Shown here piece after piece: positions 40,464-51,334 of a stretch of 64,000 nucleotides of DNA. Origin of the DNA: Verrucomicrobiia bacterium (GTDB taxonomy: Bacteria; Verrucomicrobiota; Verrucomicrobiia; Limisphaerales; UBA1319); assembly GCA_963664225.1 (NCBI GenBank), contig OY760937.1, forward strand, positions 64,001 to 128,000, read 5' to 3'. The notes beneath the pieces are model-generated. The model worked only from the letters and a program-made list of their open reading frames with translations, ran no database searches and had not been told where the DNA came from. Positions within the stretch are counted from its first letter, which is position 1; the number at the start of each line of letters is the position of its first letter. A program made the position numbers and the translations under genes.

Positions 40464-41354
40464 ATGAGAACATTGCGTTTGCTTTGGTTGGTCTTCGTCT
40501 GCTCCCTCTCGTTGTATGGCCAGGGCAGTCCTGATTTCACGCGAACAGAGGATGTCATCTACGGCCGGAAATATGGAACGGCGCTTACGCTGGACGTTTT
40601 CCAACCGGCAAAGCCCAATGGGTTTGCAATCATTTTCATGGTCAGCGGCGGATGGTATTCCGACCATGATGCCATCGTTGGCGCTTATCGTCCGATGTAC
40701 CTCACGTATCTCGATCGGGGATACACTGTTTTTGCGGTGGTGCATGGTTCCCAGCCAAAGTTCACGATTAGTGAGATTGTCCCCGACATTCATCGGGCGA
40801 TCCGTTTTGTCCGGCACAACGCCGCGAAGTACGGCATAAACCCCAATAAGTTCGGCATCAGCGGGGCCAGCGCGGGTGGGCATCTATCGCTGACGATGGG
40901 AACGCAGGGCGGTCCGGGCGATCCCAATGCCAAAGACCCGGTCGATCGCGAAAGCAGTGCGGTTCAGGCGGTCGCCTGCTTCTTCCCGCCAACGGATTTT
41001 CTTAATTACGGCAAACCGGGTGAAGATGCGGTGGGAGTGGGGATACTGAAGGATTTCAAGGGCGCCTATGGCCCGCGCTCGGACAGCGCTGAAGGTCGGC
41101 AAAAGCTCGGGAAAGAGGTTTCCCCCATTTATTTTGTGAGTTCAAATCTTCCGCCCACTCTCATCATCCATGGGGATGCGGACAAATTGGTGCCCATCCA
41201 GCAGTCGGAATTATTCGTCAAACGCGCCGAGGAGTTCGGAGCCAGAGCAAGGCTCATCGTCAAACCTGGCAAGGAACACGGCTGGCCCAATATTGAAGCG
41301 GATGTTCCGCTTCTGGCCGACTGGTTCGATGAATATTTACGGGGGATCAAGTAG
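40464..41354 (+). CDS. Secreted alpha/beta hydrolase (esterase/lipase, BD-FAE-like)
   Basis: SGGW, GASAGGHL nucleophile elbow, IIHGDADKLVP, terminal HGW. Confidence 0.9.
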   Translation: MRTLRLLWLVFVCSLSLYGQGSPDFTRTEDVIYGRKYGTALTLDVFQPAKPNGFAIIFMVSGGWYSDHDAIVGAYRPMYLTYLDRGYTVFAVVHGSQPKFTISEIVPDIHRAIRFVRHNAAKYGINPNKFGISGASAGGHLSLTMGTQGGPGDPNAKDPVDRESSAVQAVACFFPPTDFLNYGKPGEDAVGVGILKDFKGAYGPRSDSAEGRQKLGKEVSPIYFVSSNLPPTLIIHGDADKLVPIQQSELFVKRAEEFGARARLIVKPGKEHGWPNIEADVPLLADWFDEYLRGIK

Positions 41355-41567
41355 TCGGCCGGTCGAGCACGGCGAAGGTCTTGTGGTGCATCATCCTCGA
41401 AAGAGTGAAAACGCCAATATCCACCGATACCTCAAAGGCCGCATTGGTGGCATGGGATTCAACCGTGCCATTGGCCCGGAATTCCTCGGTTCAACAGTCT
41501 GGCAGAATTCGAATGGGCGCTTCTTCAAGTCTTTGAAGCAAGCAGCCTCTGAACGAACGACAAGGCC

Positions 41568-41957
41568 TTACTGCAAAGGCGTCCAAACCGAACCGTTTTC
41601 GCTGTAGAGCACGCCATCGTTGTCCTTCAACTGGCCATTCTTGCGGGTGTAGAAGCCGCCTCGATTATCGGTCCAGTGCAGTCCTTCCTTGTAAATCCGT
41701 ATCGTGGGAGCGATCTCGGCGGAAGCCATCTTTGCGCCGCTCTTTGTCCTGGGTTTTTGCAGGAGCATGATTTTGGCGTTATCGATACGATCGTAATTGG
41801 TCGTGGCCACTGGAGCATCGTAGGCGTAGGTGCCAGACGTATGGTAGGTGCGCGTTGCCGTGGAAAAGCGGTCGCCGCCCTTCAATTCGTCAAACCATTG
41901 TAAATTTGCGCAACCTGATAAAAGGACCAAACCTAAAAATATCGAACAATTCTTCAT
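41568..41957 (-). CDS. Hypothetical lipoprotein
   Basis: MKNCSIFLGLVLLSGC lipobox. Confidence 0.6.
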   Translation of the reverse strand: MKNCSIFLGLVLLSGCANLQWFDELKGGDRFSTATRTYHTSGTYAYDAPVATTNYDRIDNAKIMLLQKPRTKSGAKMASAEIAPTIRIYKEGLHWTDNRGGFYTRKNGQLKDNDGVLYSENGSVWTPLQ

Positions 41958-42234
41958 AAAACCCGATTCTCACGCGACAACAAATCCCATAATTGGATTT
42001 TGATGGCGACAAAGCATTGGAACCAACCGCAGAGGCGCGCACAAGAAAATTGTCAGATTTTTTTTATGTAAGTTGCCTCAATTCATATGAAGTCAATGGG
42101 GCGTTCTGTAAATTATTCTGCCTCAATAACTCGCAATCCGAGCTTTTCCGCGAATTCAAGACGCATGGATAATTTTGCCGGAATCCCGGCAAACAATGTT
42201 ACTTTTGCGTGCTGGCGTAAACTTATTCAATGAG

Positions 42235-43404
42235 ATGATGACCGATGACATGACGTTGGTGCGGAAATACGCCGAAAGCGGCTCAGAGGAGGCCTTTGCC
42301 ACCCTGGTCTCACGGCACATCAATCTTGTTTTTTCCACCGCCCTGCGCCAGGTCCATGATGTCCATCTGGCAGAGGAGGTCGCCCAGGCGGTATTTATCA
42401 TTCTGGCGAGAAAGGCCGGATCGCTCGACTCGAAAACGATTCTGCCCGGATGGCTTTGTCGCACGGCACGAAACGCTGCGGCCAACGCCCTGACCATTCA
42501 ACATCGCCGGCAACGCCGCGAACAGGAAGCTTATATGCAATCCCAACTGAACGACATGGAGTCCAACGCCTGGATGCAAATCGAACCCCTGTTGGACCAG
42601 GCCATGGCGCAGCTTGGAGAAAAGGATCACGACGCGGTTGTGCTGCGCTTTTTCAAAGGCCGTAGCTTCAAGGATGTCAGCGCGGCCATGGGCACGAGCG
42701 AAGCCGGAGCCAAGATGCGAGTGAATCGAGCCCTGGAGAAACTCCGCAAATTCTTCGCCCGGCATGGCCTTACATTTTCATCAGCCATGATCGCCGCAGC
42801 CGTATCGGCCAATTCCGTTCAAGCGGCGCCGATCGGGCTGGCAGCCTCCGTCACGGTCGCCGCCATCAAGGGAACAGCCGTGACAACCTCAACACTCACC
42901 CTCATCGAAACAACACTTAAAATTATGGCATGGACAAAACTTAAAACCGCATTGGTCTTCGGGGCCATTGCAATCATGGCCGCAGGCACCGCCACAGTGG
43001 CCATACGCACGGTCAGTCAACCATCGAACGACATTAATGCGTCGGCCAGATCTTCGACGTTTAAATTCGCCGGTTACGCCACGCCCGAGGCATCCGTTCA
43101 ATCGATGCTTTGGGCGGCGAGCCAGGGAGATTTTAAAAAGTTTATGTTTGCCTGCACTGCGGAACAACAGGAACGGTTTAAAACCAAGATGGCTGGAAAA
43201 TCCCAGGACCAAATCAGCGGTGAAGCCATGGCATGGGCCAACGCCCTTGTTGGCTACAAAATCACCCAAAGCGAAGTCATCTCCACTGACGAGGTCCACC
43301 TGCATATCAGTGCCGCGCCATCGTCAGACGGCCTCCATGGCGGAAAAGTGGTCGTCGTCATGAAGAAAATTGGAAACGAATGGAAACAAGCCGGCGATTT
43401 GTAA
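42235..43404 (+). CDS. ECF sigma-70 factor with C-terminal transmembrane and extracytoplasmic extension
   Basis: Region 2 (AEEVAQAVF...LPGWL) and region 4 (VVLRFF.G.S..DV...[10 protein letters not shown]), then Ala-rich linker, hydrophobic helix and ~115-aa domain. Confidence 0.9.
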   Translation: MMTDDMTLVRKYAESGSEEAFATLVSRHINLVFSTALRQVHDVHLAEEVAQAVFIILARKAGSLDSKTILPGWLCRTARNAAANALTIQHRRQRREQEAYMQSQLNDMESNAWMQIEPLLDQAMAQLGEKDHDAVVLRFFKGRSFKDVSAAMGTSEAGAKMRVNRALEKLRKFFARHGLTFSSAMIAAAVSANSVQAAPIGLAASVTVAAIKGTAVTTSTLTLIETTLKIMAWTKLKTALVFGAIAIMAAGTATVAIRTVSQPSNDINASARSSTFKFAGYATPEASVQSMLWAASQGDFKKFMFACTAEQQERFKTKMAGKSQDQISGEAMAWANALVGYKITQSEVISTDEVHLHISAAPSSDGLHGGKVVVVMKKIGNEWKQAGDL

Positions 43405-43438
43405 AGGCCCGGATACTCGAGTCTGGAGTCTAAAGATT

Positions 43439-44092
43439 ATGAATCCGAAGCGCGCATTCACTTTGATCGAATTGCTGGTGGTCATTGCCATCATTGGCAT
43501 TCTCGCTGCGCTTCTGCTGCCAGCTTTGAGCCAGGCCAGGGAGAAAGGGAGAAGAACCTCCTGCATTGGCAATCTCAGACAGGTCAATCTGGCCATACAT
43601 CTCTACGCCGATGATAACGCGGGATCATTGCCGGTTTTGCCAAACCCCAATCCATTTCCAAATGGCATCGGCGCATACTACAAACAGCTTGTTAAAAGCT
43701 ACCTGGGTCTAAAAGGTCCGGCATCGCCGAACGAGACCGTTTTCACCTGCCCATCGGATCGAATCATGAAAACGCAAGTGGGACATGCGTTTACGAGCTT
43801 CACATTTAACGGCTACGAAGTGGGACCAGGCGCCATGCCACGCATCACGGGCAAAAAGTTGGATGCCATCAAGAATCCTGCGCGGGCGGTGCTGGTCGGC
43901 GAGTGGCCTGCGTTCTTTGGAGGTTCGTGGCATCCGGTTGTCAAACAAGTGTATCCGGACGCAAAAAATGTCCTGAGCTTTGTCGATGGACATGCGAGTT
44001 TTACCAAAATCTATTGGGACGGCGTTGCGGATTCAAATCCGGGCGGTTACGAACCCCCTGCGGGCTACGATTACAGTTGGGATGGAGAATGA
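43439..44092 (+). CDS. Prepilin-type N-terminal cleavage/methylation protein (pseudopilin-like)
   Basis: [32 protein letters not shown]...NVLSFVDGH. Confidence 0.9.
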   Translation: MNPKRAFTLIELLVVIAIIGILAALLLPALSQAREKGRRTSCIGNLRQVNLAIHLYADDNAGSLPVLPNPNPFPNGIGAYYKQLVKSYLGLKGPASPNETVFTCPSDRIMKTQVGHAFTSFTFNGYEVGPGAMPRITGKKLDAIKNPARAVLVGEWPAFFGGSWHPVVKQVYPDAKNVLSFVDGHASFTKIYWDGVADSNPGGYEPPAGYDYSWDGE

Positions 44093-44290
44093 GATGGCCT
44101 GTCGCATCGCTATTGATGGCTTCAGAATTCCGAAAATGCGGTATTGTCAACGGACGGGGTTGAAGTCAGGATTGGAGCACAATGACCCCTGTCTGTGCTG
44201 CAAAGTTTGCAGGATTCCTTGTCGAAACCGACAAGGATGTCCGCAGAACAGTCGTCTTCTGAAACGGAATCAATCCTTTCCAAACCCAAA

Positions 44291-45667
44291 ATGAATGACT
44301 CAAAGTTTTCCGCGATCAACCGCCGCCGGTTTTTGCAAAACGCCGGTGCCGGTGTGGCCCTGTTGAACATCCTGCCCGGCAGCCTTGTAAAAGGGGCTGA
44401 CAAATTGACTCCAAATGAAAAGGTCAATGTGGCGGCCATTGGCATCGGGAGCCAGGGCGGCTCGGACTTGGACGCCGTGGCGAACGAGGGACATAACATT
44501 GTGGCCCTGTGCGATGTGGATGATAACTATGCCGCCAAGAAGTTTGCGCAGTATCCCAAGGCGACGAAATTCAAGGATTTCCGCGTCATGCTCGACAAGA
44601 TGGGCAAGGAGATCGACGCCGTGGTGATCGGCACACCGGATCATACACATGCCGTCATATCCATGGAGGCCATGAAGCGCGGGAAACACGTTTATTGCGA
44701 AAAACCGCTCACCCATACGGTTCACGAGGCCCGCGAGATCATGGCGGCTGCGAAAAAATACAAAGTCGTGACCCAGTTGGGCAATCAGGGGCATTCGAGC
44801 GGGGACATTCGCAAGCTCTGCGAATGGGTCTGGGCCGGGGCCATTGGCAACGTGCATACCGTTCATGCGGGATGCGACGCCTTCAAAGATGTCTATTCCC
44901 AGATCCGCAACCTTGAAAAGGCAAAACAAAGTTACGAGGTGCCCAAAGGTCTGGATTATGACCTGTGGATCGGGCCGGTACCGTTCCGTCCCTACACTCC
45001 ACTTTGGGTGCCGTGGAACTGGCGCGGTTGGATGCCGTTTGGCACAGGAAGCATTGGCGATTGGTTCTGTCACGTGATCGATCCCTCGTTCTGGGCGCTC
45101 GATCTGGATGCCCCCACCTCCGTGCATGCGGAAGTGACCGGTTACGATGCCGTCAAACAAGGTCTGACGTATCCTCCCGGCTCAAAAGTCACCATGGAAT
45201 TTCCCGCCAGCAACGGGCGCGGTCCCATCAAGCTGGTCTGGCATGACGGCGACACCAAGATTCCCAAACCGTCCGATTTCCCCGCCGAGGAAAATGCGCC
45301 GGGCATCGGTGGTATCCTGTTCGGGGATAAGGGAATGATTGTTCATGGATCGCACGGCGCGGGCGGCTGCCGATTGCTCCCCGACAAAGTGATGGACCAA
45401 TACACCGGGAAAAACGCACCCGCGCAGAAGATTCCGCGCGTGAAAAACCATCAGTGGGACTGGCTGGATGCCATTCGCAACGGACGCCAGGCAGGATCCA
45501 ATTTCGGCTATGGCGGCCGTTTGACTCAGGTGGCGTTGCTGGGCGCCATCGCCATTCATTTCCCGGGCGAAACGCTCAAGTGGGATAATCAGGCCGAACG
45601 TTTCACCAACAACGAGGCGGCGAACGCCTTGATCAATCCGGCCTATCGCCCGGGTTGGAGCCTGTAA
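44291..45667 (+). CDS. Tat-exported Gfo/Idh/MocA family oxidoreductase
   Basis: NRRRFLQ twin-arginine signal; IGIGSQG, TPDHTH, CEKP. Confidence 0.92.
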   Translation: MNDSKFSAINRRRFLQNAGAGVALLNILPGSLVKGADKLTPNEKVNVAAIGIGSQGGSDLDAVANEGHNIVALCDVDDNYAAKKFAQYPKATKFKDFRVMLDKMGKEIDAVVIGTPDHTHAVISMEAMKRGKHVYCEKPLTHTVHEAREIMAAAKKYKVVTQLGNQGHSSGDIRKLCEWVWAGAIGNVHTVHAGCDAFKDVYSQIRNLEKAKQSYEVPKGLDYDLWIGPVPFRPYTPLWVPWNWRGWMPFGTGSIGDWFCHVIDPSFWALDLDAPTSVHAEVTGYDAVKQGLTYPPGSKVTMEFPASNGRGPIKLVWHDGDTKIPKPSDFPAEENAPGIGGILFGDKGMIVHGSHGAGGCRLLPDKVMDQYTGKNAPAQKIPRVKNHQWDWLDAIRNGRQAGSNFGYGGRLTQVALLGAIAIHFPGETLKWDNQAERFTNNEAANALINPAYRPGWSL

Positions 45668-45771
45668 CATGCTCTGGCCAGGCATTGGGCGCTGGCGAAT
45701 TTAATGGAAGCAACAGGTGCGGCGGAAACTGCCGCACCTGACGGTTTAATTGTGTGATGGCGTGGTGGATT

Positions 45772-46536
45772 TCACTGCGCCGGGCGCACGGCCCCGAAGA
45801 CTTTTTGGAGCAGATCGCTGGTGCGGGCCACGGGGTTTTCGCGGATGCGCTTTTCTTCGTCCCCGATTTTTACAAACAGCCCGTCCATGGTTTTGCGCGT
45901 GACGTAACCATCGATGTCAGGGGTGTTCTGGCCCAAGACGGACATTGCCGAGAAACCACCAAAACTGGCTTTCTGGGCCATGGCTTTATAGGCCCCGGTG
46001 ACGCCGGTCTGGGCGGTTGCCTTCTGGACGATGGGCAGGAATCGCTGGTAAAGATTCGTCTCACTGGTGCGTTTGAAATAGGCCGTGGCGGCGTTGTTGG
46101 TGCCGGTGAGGATGGTTTTGGCGTCGGCGAGTGTCATTTGTTTGACGGAGTCACCGAGGACCGTCGCGGCCTCGGGCACGGCCTGCTCGGCCGCCCGGTT
46201 CATCGTGGTCACGAAATCATCGACCAGTTTGTCCTGCCCCAAAGCGCGTAGAGTCTTCTCCACTTTTTGCAGCGGCTCCGGCGTGGGTATCATCACGGCG
46301 GCGTCCTTGAGGAAGCCGTCCTGTTTGCCAAGCGTTGCCACAGCGCGTTCGACGCCTTTGCCCAGGGCCTCCTTGAGGCCGCCTGCGATTTCATCGCTGG
46401 AGAGCGCGGTGGTCAGCGCGGAGGTGTCCGTGGTCGCGGTTTTTCCCAGCCCGAGCCAGTCGAACATGCCCGCCGACGGAGCGATGGAACTCAGAACGAG
46501 CGCAAGTGACAACAGGAGAAGGGGAATGCTCTTCAT
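45772..46536 (-). CDS. DUF4197 domain protein
   Basis: GLKEALGKG, MNRAAEQA, YVT.K..DGLF..I..EEK.IR.NP.AR..DLL.KVFG. Confidence 0.9.
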   Translation of the reverse strand: MKSIPLLLLSLALVLSSIAPSAGMFDWLGLGKTATTDTSALTTALSSDEIAGGLKEALGKGVERAVATLGKQDGFLKDAAVMIPTPEPLQKVEKTLRALGQDKLVDDFVTTMNRAAEQAVPEAATVLGDSVKQMTLADAKTILTGTNNAATAYFKRTSETNLYQRFLPIVQKATAQTGVTGAYKAMAQKASFGGFSAMSVLGQNTPDIDGYVTRKTMDGLFVKIGDEEKRIRENPVARTSDLLQKVFGAVRPAQ

Positions 46537-46712
46537 ATCATGAATAATAACCTTGGAAACAACCTCGCGCCGGACGCGCAAAAATGCAAGATGGAGTTGG
46601 ACTTGAGACCCTCTTGTTCAGGGTGCATGACAAAATTCAGGAAGCTGGTAAAAGCCTAAACCGTACGAACCCAGCCAGAACTCCAGCCGGCGGTGTGGGG
46701 CATATAATCCGG

Positions 46713-47260
46713 CGCGGCGGCATCCTCCAAACCGTGCAATAAACCCGCGACTCGCAATACTCCTCCCTCGCCTGGGGGGGTGGGGATGAGAATTCCCCGA
46801 ACCGAAAAGATCGCGCATTGAACCCCTGTACCAGGTATTTATGCAAGTAACTTGTAATGAAATACATCCCACTTTGGGTTCATGGGCAGGGCGTGCATCA
46901 ATGCCTTTTTCCATTTCGCATGGTTCGCATATTTCGTGGTCAAAATCCTTTTCAATTCCATTGTCCATCATCTATTTTCGCTGAACCAATCCCGCGCGGC
47001 GGCAATCACCCAAACCGTGCAATAAACCCAGGACCCGCAACACTTCTCCTTCTCCTGGGGGAGAAGGTCGGGATGAGGGCGTGCGTCAATGCCTTTATTA
47101 TTCCATTATCCATTGTCCACTATCAATTGTCCCTTATCCATTCTTCCCTCACCCATCCCCATCCATTTCCAAAACCTCCCTGTCCTCAACCCGGAACGGG
47201 TTGCATCACTCAGCCCCGGGTCGCGAGGCACGAGCCACCCGGGGTCCCCGTCCCCCAACA
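46713..47260. repeat. Mosaic of REP-like and MITE-like repeat modules (left part of the element)
   Basis: cgcggcggca..ccaaaccgtgcaa leader at 46713 and 46995; ccttctcctgggggagaagg palindrome; cccctgtacc..ggttcatggg module; short tccatt/ttcgcat repeats. Confidence 0.75.
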
Positions 47261-47297
47261 TTCGCCTACGCTGTAAGCGTTGAATCAAATTCAAACA

Positions 47298-47471
47298 ATG
47301 CCCTCCAATCCCCAGGCCCTTGACGTGCTCCTGCGCCGGGCCCGCAACCTCTGCCTCTCCGCCCTCATCGAAGCCGTGCGCGACCAGACCCGCATCGTCG
47401 ATCCCAAACAAGTCAACCGAGTGCTCATTCAACCCCATTGGAGGAAAGACTGTGACAGCCCCATCGCCTAA
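47298..47471 (+). CDS. Small hypothetical protein
   Basis: 57-aa ORF overlapping the start of the next ORF; no recognisable motif. Confidence 0.35.
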   Translation: MPSNPQALDVLLRRARNLCLSALIEAVRDQTRIVDPKQVNRVLIQPHWRKDCDSPIA

Positions 47472-47763
47472 ATCCAACTTCTTGCCACATCCTCGAACGA
47501 CCAATCGGTGGACCCGCGAACAAATCCGCGCCGCCCGGATGGCCCCGCTGCCACCGCTCCTGACAAAGTACGGTCTGCAAACAACCCCGCTGCCCGCTGG
47601 CAATTTGGCACTGTCCGCCTTCAAGGGCCTGATCGTCAAAGACTCCTACTGGCGCTGGCCTGAACAAAACAAAGCAGGCAATGCCATCGACTTCCTTGTC
47701 CAAGTCCTTGGCCTCTCCTTCAACGAGGCCATGCACCAGATCATTGGAACACCGCAATCTTGA
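47452..47763 (+). CDS. Small protein resembling the N-terminal (CHC2-type) domain of primases, without the Cys ligands
   Basis: GGAGGA RBS at 47440, GTG at 47452; GNAIDFLVQVLGLSFNEAM matches the GxxIDF....xxSFxEA helix pattern. Confidence 0.55.
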   Translation: MTAPSPKSNFLPHPRTTNRWTREQIRAARMAPLPPLLTKYGLQTTPLPAGNLALSAFKGLIVKDSYWRWPEQNKAGNAIDFLVQVLGLSFNEAMHQIIGTPQS

Positions 47764-47937
47764 GATACAGCCATAAAACGCCGCTGGTGTCGCAGTGATG
47801 CGACGCCAGTGCGGCAAATTACGATCCCACCTCGGCATGATTACGACAGGAATTTGGCCCGGCCATAAGCGTCACATGCGTACGACCCGAGCGGGGCAAT
47901 CCGGCTGAAAAAGACGATGGCAGTTCGGCAATATCAC

Positions 47938-48372
47938 TTAAAACGCTGCGAGCTTAATTTGGCCAAAAGTACGACGCCAATTAATTTCGTAACAGCTGGG
48001 ATAAACTGACCATTTTTGACGACTCATCCGCCCCCAGGCAATGGCCTGTTGACGATAAAAATAGGTGGTTCGTTGTCTCCCGGGATCGTCTGTGGCCGCT
48101 GGAATGACACTGCAAAAAAGCTCAAATTGACGGGTGATTTTCTCGCGTGTCATTGGCTCCACCGATGGTGCATCTGCGGTAACGGCTAAAAGGTTTTTGC
48201 TGAATGCGGCCACTCGTTCAAGGGCTTCCTCGCGGGTGTTGGCGTGAACAAAACCAATCAATGGATTCATTTCCTCTGGCAGGAAAAGGAACCATTTTTT
48301 GTTTCCGTTACAGATCGATTGTGCGTTCCGGCTCTGGAGCTCTGATTCGTTGTTTTCTTGGGAAGTTTTCAT
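47938..48372 (-). CDS. Hypothetical protein
   Basis: 144-aa ORF with ATG start; no recognisable motif. Confidence 0.5.
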   Translation of the reverse strand: MKTSQENNESELQSRNAQSICNGNKKWFLFLPEEMNPLIGFVHANTREEALERVAAFSKNLLAVTADAPSVEPMTREKITRQFELFCSVIPAATDDPGRQRTTYFYRQQAIAWGRMSRQKWSVYPSCYEINWRRTFGQIKLAAF

Positions 48373-49176
48373 GGTCTTTTTTTAAGATCTGATGTGCGCT
48401 CTCGGTCTATCGCCCTTCACACCCAAGGCCCGCGAATCAGGGCGGATCGTGGGAGTAGTCTTCAGAGGGCACCGCCATGTCTTACCCCCTGTCGAAGTCG
48501 GTCTAAGAGGGCGATGATTGAAAGCGTCAGAAGTGAAATAAAATCTGAAAACGAGGGAACTCCATTTCCTCTATGAATGGAGCAAAGCGACCTGACCGGG
48601 AGGGGATGGGGCTGGCTCGCTCGTGAATTTCTGGAAGCCTTTAGCGGAGTGAAGCGGTTGGACGGGCTGTCAGTTCAAGGGAGCCCTATGAAAATTAACA
48701 GTCAGGCCAACCAGCGAAACGGAGCGGTGGCGAAAGAAAGCTCATCGAGGGAGCACCATGGGGGAGCGCAAGTCTTCCGATGTTTCAAGGCGTAGCTCTT
48801 TCAAGGGGAATCGAAAGCTCGGATGTCTTGCGGGGGGGGAGGACTCGTTCTGCTGAAATTTTCTATGGGATGGCTGTGGATAGCATTCATTTCAATGGTT
48901 GGTCCGATTCGAATCGTTGATTTGCTCAGTCCGTTTTGCAAGAGTCGCGTTTCGCAACTGTTCCTGTTGTTGCAGGAATTTCGTCCAGTCGGCAGCGGGA
49001 ACATTTGTAATATTGCCGCCAATAAGTAGCACGGCACGACCGCCAAAGAAATTGCGTTTTCCATTATAGTACAAACCCGCATGAGTTTCCATCGCATTCA
49101 TTTATAGTACTCAACCTCCTTGTATAATAACCTTAAAGTATGATTTTCACATTTTAGAAACACGCGCTCAGAACAA

Positions 49177-49599
49177 TTAGTTCGTATCGTACACATAATA
49201 CACTCCATTTGTCAATTGACGCCGAAATCCGTAGTTGTTTATTTTAGCATCTGTGGAGCCAATCATTATACCTTCTCGCTCAATCCCAAGTTTAAAACCG
49301 ACAAAGATAAACTTAAAACCTGTTTGGGTATCTATCTGGATTTGGACAACTATCGGGTGGAGTCTGGAAAGTTGTTGAGGATAGACTGCAGGGGAGAATA
49401 TAAACCCATTCTCATTCGTTGAATTCAATTGATCTTTTGCCCATGTGACAATTGATACAAGTTCACTTTTATTTAAGACATTAACATTAAATGTTTCCCA
49501 TCTGACCTCCGGGTTTGTATTGTTTGAACTACAGCCAGCTACCAGCAGACCTGCTAAGAAAAAACACATATTTGATTTATACCAATTACTAAGAGACAT
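49177..49599 (-). CDS. Lipoprotein, putative immunity protein for the upstream Rhs toxin
   Basis: LVAGC lipobox; AT-rich; starts 6 bp after the Rhs stop codon. Confidence 0.65.
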   Translation of the reverse strand: MSLSNWYKSNMCFFLAGLLVAGCSSNNTNPEVRWETFNVNVLNKSELVSIVTWAKDQLNSTNENGFIFSPAVYPQQLSRLHPIVVQIQIDTQTGFKFIFVGFKLGIEREGIMIGSTDAKINNYGFRRQLTNGVYYVYDTN

Positions 49600-49605
49600 A
49601 AAACA

Positions 49606-51219
49606 TTACTCAAATGGGAGTTTTTTGTTAGGATACCATCGCCAAACGAACGTTTTCAAACCACACGGACTACTCCGATTGGAATCGCATTGCGTTTGTT
49701 CAACAGGTGGTCCCACAGCCGACATTGATCCATAGCTTCCACCAAATCCGACAGTGGTAAACAACTTAGCGCCTTGATTATACTGTTCCGGATCACCATG
49801 GCTAGTTTTCCAGTAATCTACCGCAGCGATAGCCATCTGCTCGCTCCATATTTGACCAGTCACAGCTTGCCCCCAAGTTGGCGACATTGAATTGCCAACT
49901 GCATCAAGAACTCCTTGAAATCGCTGATGACATAAATTATTGACCTTTCCCCACATTAAATAATGAACATCTCCAGCAAAGAAACATCGCCCGCCATACT
50001 TTACAGTACGATCACACTTTGGCGCATCTCCGCGAATAGCGGCAGCCGGGAATGACCAGCCACCATATCCGAGATTGGCAAGTTGCATCATCATCCACGA
50101 TCCACTAGCTGTTGATAAAGGCATGTAAAGACTCCTACATGCGTTTGCAGCCTTTCCAACATCCCAACTCTTGAAAGTCGCTTCAATTTCATTGAGAGTT
50201 GATTGAACTGCTGTTGTCACGTCAGGCCCACACCTGCAAGTAGTTAAACCCAATGAATCAAATCTATCCACTGAGCGATTCCAAACGAACCCATACAAAT
50301 TGAGCCCTCCTTTCTCCGCAATCGGGTCTCTGGATAGCCACCTTCCAGTGCTGGCATTATAATACCGATACCCGTAATACACCAAATCTGTCTCATCGTC
50401 CTGGTATTTTGTCGAGAACCGGAAGGGGTTGAGCTTGGCCATGGGTCCTGTGGAGCGGAGGAGTTCACCGAAGGGGCCGTATTCATACCGGGCGCAGACC
50501 AAGCCATCAGCGGCATTGACCAGCGCGGTGAGGTTGCCGTTGCCATCGTAGGTCGCAAAACAATTCGTTGTTGCTGTGCCATAATAGGTGACCGCAAGCA
50601 ACCCACCCACACCACCAGCTCCTTGTGCGGTGCCACTCAAGTCCAGTCCCCACAGATAGGAACGGACCAGTTGATTGGCGCTGTTAAACTCGGCAACCAG
50701 GTTCCATCCATCGTAAAGGTATTTGGTATCTGTGATGATGGAGTTATCAGATTTCTTCACGGTCTTGCGAATGCGTCTTCCCCGCCAGTCATACTCGAAA
50801 ACCAAATGCTGCGCATCAGGTCCGGCAACCAGGCAATCCATCCCGATCAGCCGATTCTCCGCATCCCAAGTGTAACTCCACACCATGTCATTGATCATGT
50901 TTCCATCAGAATCAGGTGTGAAAGTCTGTGTCGCCGCCGGAACCAGCACATGGCCCGGAGCGCTCGTAGGCTGCTGGACAGTGCGACCGCCTTTTGTTGC
51001 CGTGACGAGCACTGGGGTCCAGACAGAGGCACTGCTATTTCCCGCAGTTCCAACCGCCTGGAAGTACTCATTTTTTCGATAAACGGTCTGGGCGCCGCCA
51101 TTGATTGTGACACCAACCGTTGCTGCCTTATTAGCATTACCCATCACATCAATCGAGGTCGAAACCTGTCTGCTGGTGTATTGGTTAACGGTATTGGCGG
51201 TATAGCTGGCCGTTCTCAT
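49606..51219 (-). CDS. 5'-truncated (orphan) Rhs repeat-associated core protein with variable C-terminal toxin domain
   Basis: YTWDAENRL, YEYGPFGE, NPFRFSTKY.D.ET.LVYYGYRYY...GRWLSRDPI.E.GG.NLYGFV...DSLGL, then ~210-aa Cys-containing tip. Most YD repeats are missing. Confidence 0.85.
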   Translation of the reverse strand: MRTASYTANTVNQYTSRQVSTSIDVMGNANKAATVGVTINGGAQTVYRKNEYFQAVGTAGNSSASVWTPVLVTATKGGRTVQQPTSAPGHVLVPAATQTFTPDSDGNMINDMVWSYTWDAENRLIGMDCLVAGPDAQHLVFEYDWRGRRIRKTVKKSDNSIITDTKYLYDGWNLVAEFNSANQLVRSYLWGLDLSGTAQGAGGVGGLLAVTYYGTATTNCFATYDGNGNLTALVNAADGLVCARYEYGPFGELLRSTGPMAKLNPFRFSTKYQDDETDLVYYGYRYYNASTGRWLSRDPIAEKGGLNLYGFVWNRSVDRFDSLGLTTCRCGPDVTTAVQSTLNEIEATFKSWDVGKAANACRSLYMPLSTASGSWMMMQLANLGYGGWSFPAAAIRGDAPKCDRTVKYGGRCFFAGDVHYLMWGKVNNLCHQRFQGVLDAVGNSMSPTWGQAVTGQIWSEQMAIAAVDYWKTSHGDPEQYNQGAKLFTTVGFGGSYGSMSAVGPPVEQTQCDSNRSSPCGLKTFVWRWYPNKKLPFE

Positions 51220-51334
51220 GGCAATCACATCGTTGACAACAAACGCAGCCTGCTCTCCAAAAACCGCCTTGGCAACAGGAACTTTGCCGCCCTCTGGTTT
51301 GCCTTCCGCGTACTCGCGTCCATTCCTTCGTCCG

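Noticed and set aside
44209..44245. Hairpin ccttgtcg-aaac-cgacaagg upstream of the oxidoreductase
   Set aside because: Single REP- or terminator-like palindrome with no second copy seen; function cannot be supported.
48480..49110. Possible oriT-like hairpin region and short ORFs (48801-49097, 48892-49101)
   Set aside because: No nic consensus or relaxase that I can identify; the ORFs are short, overlap in different frames and cannot be assigned.
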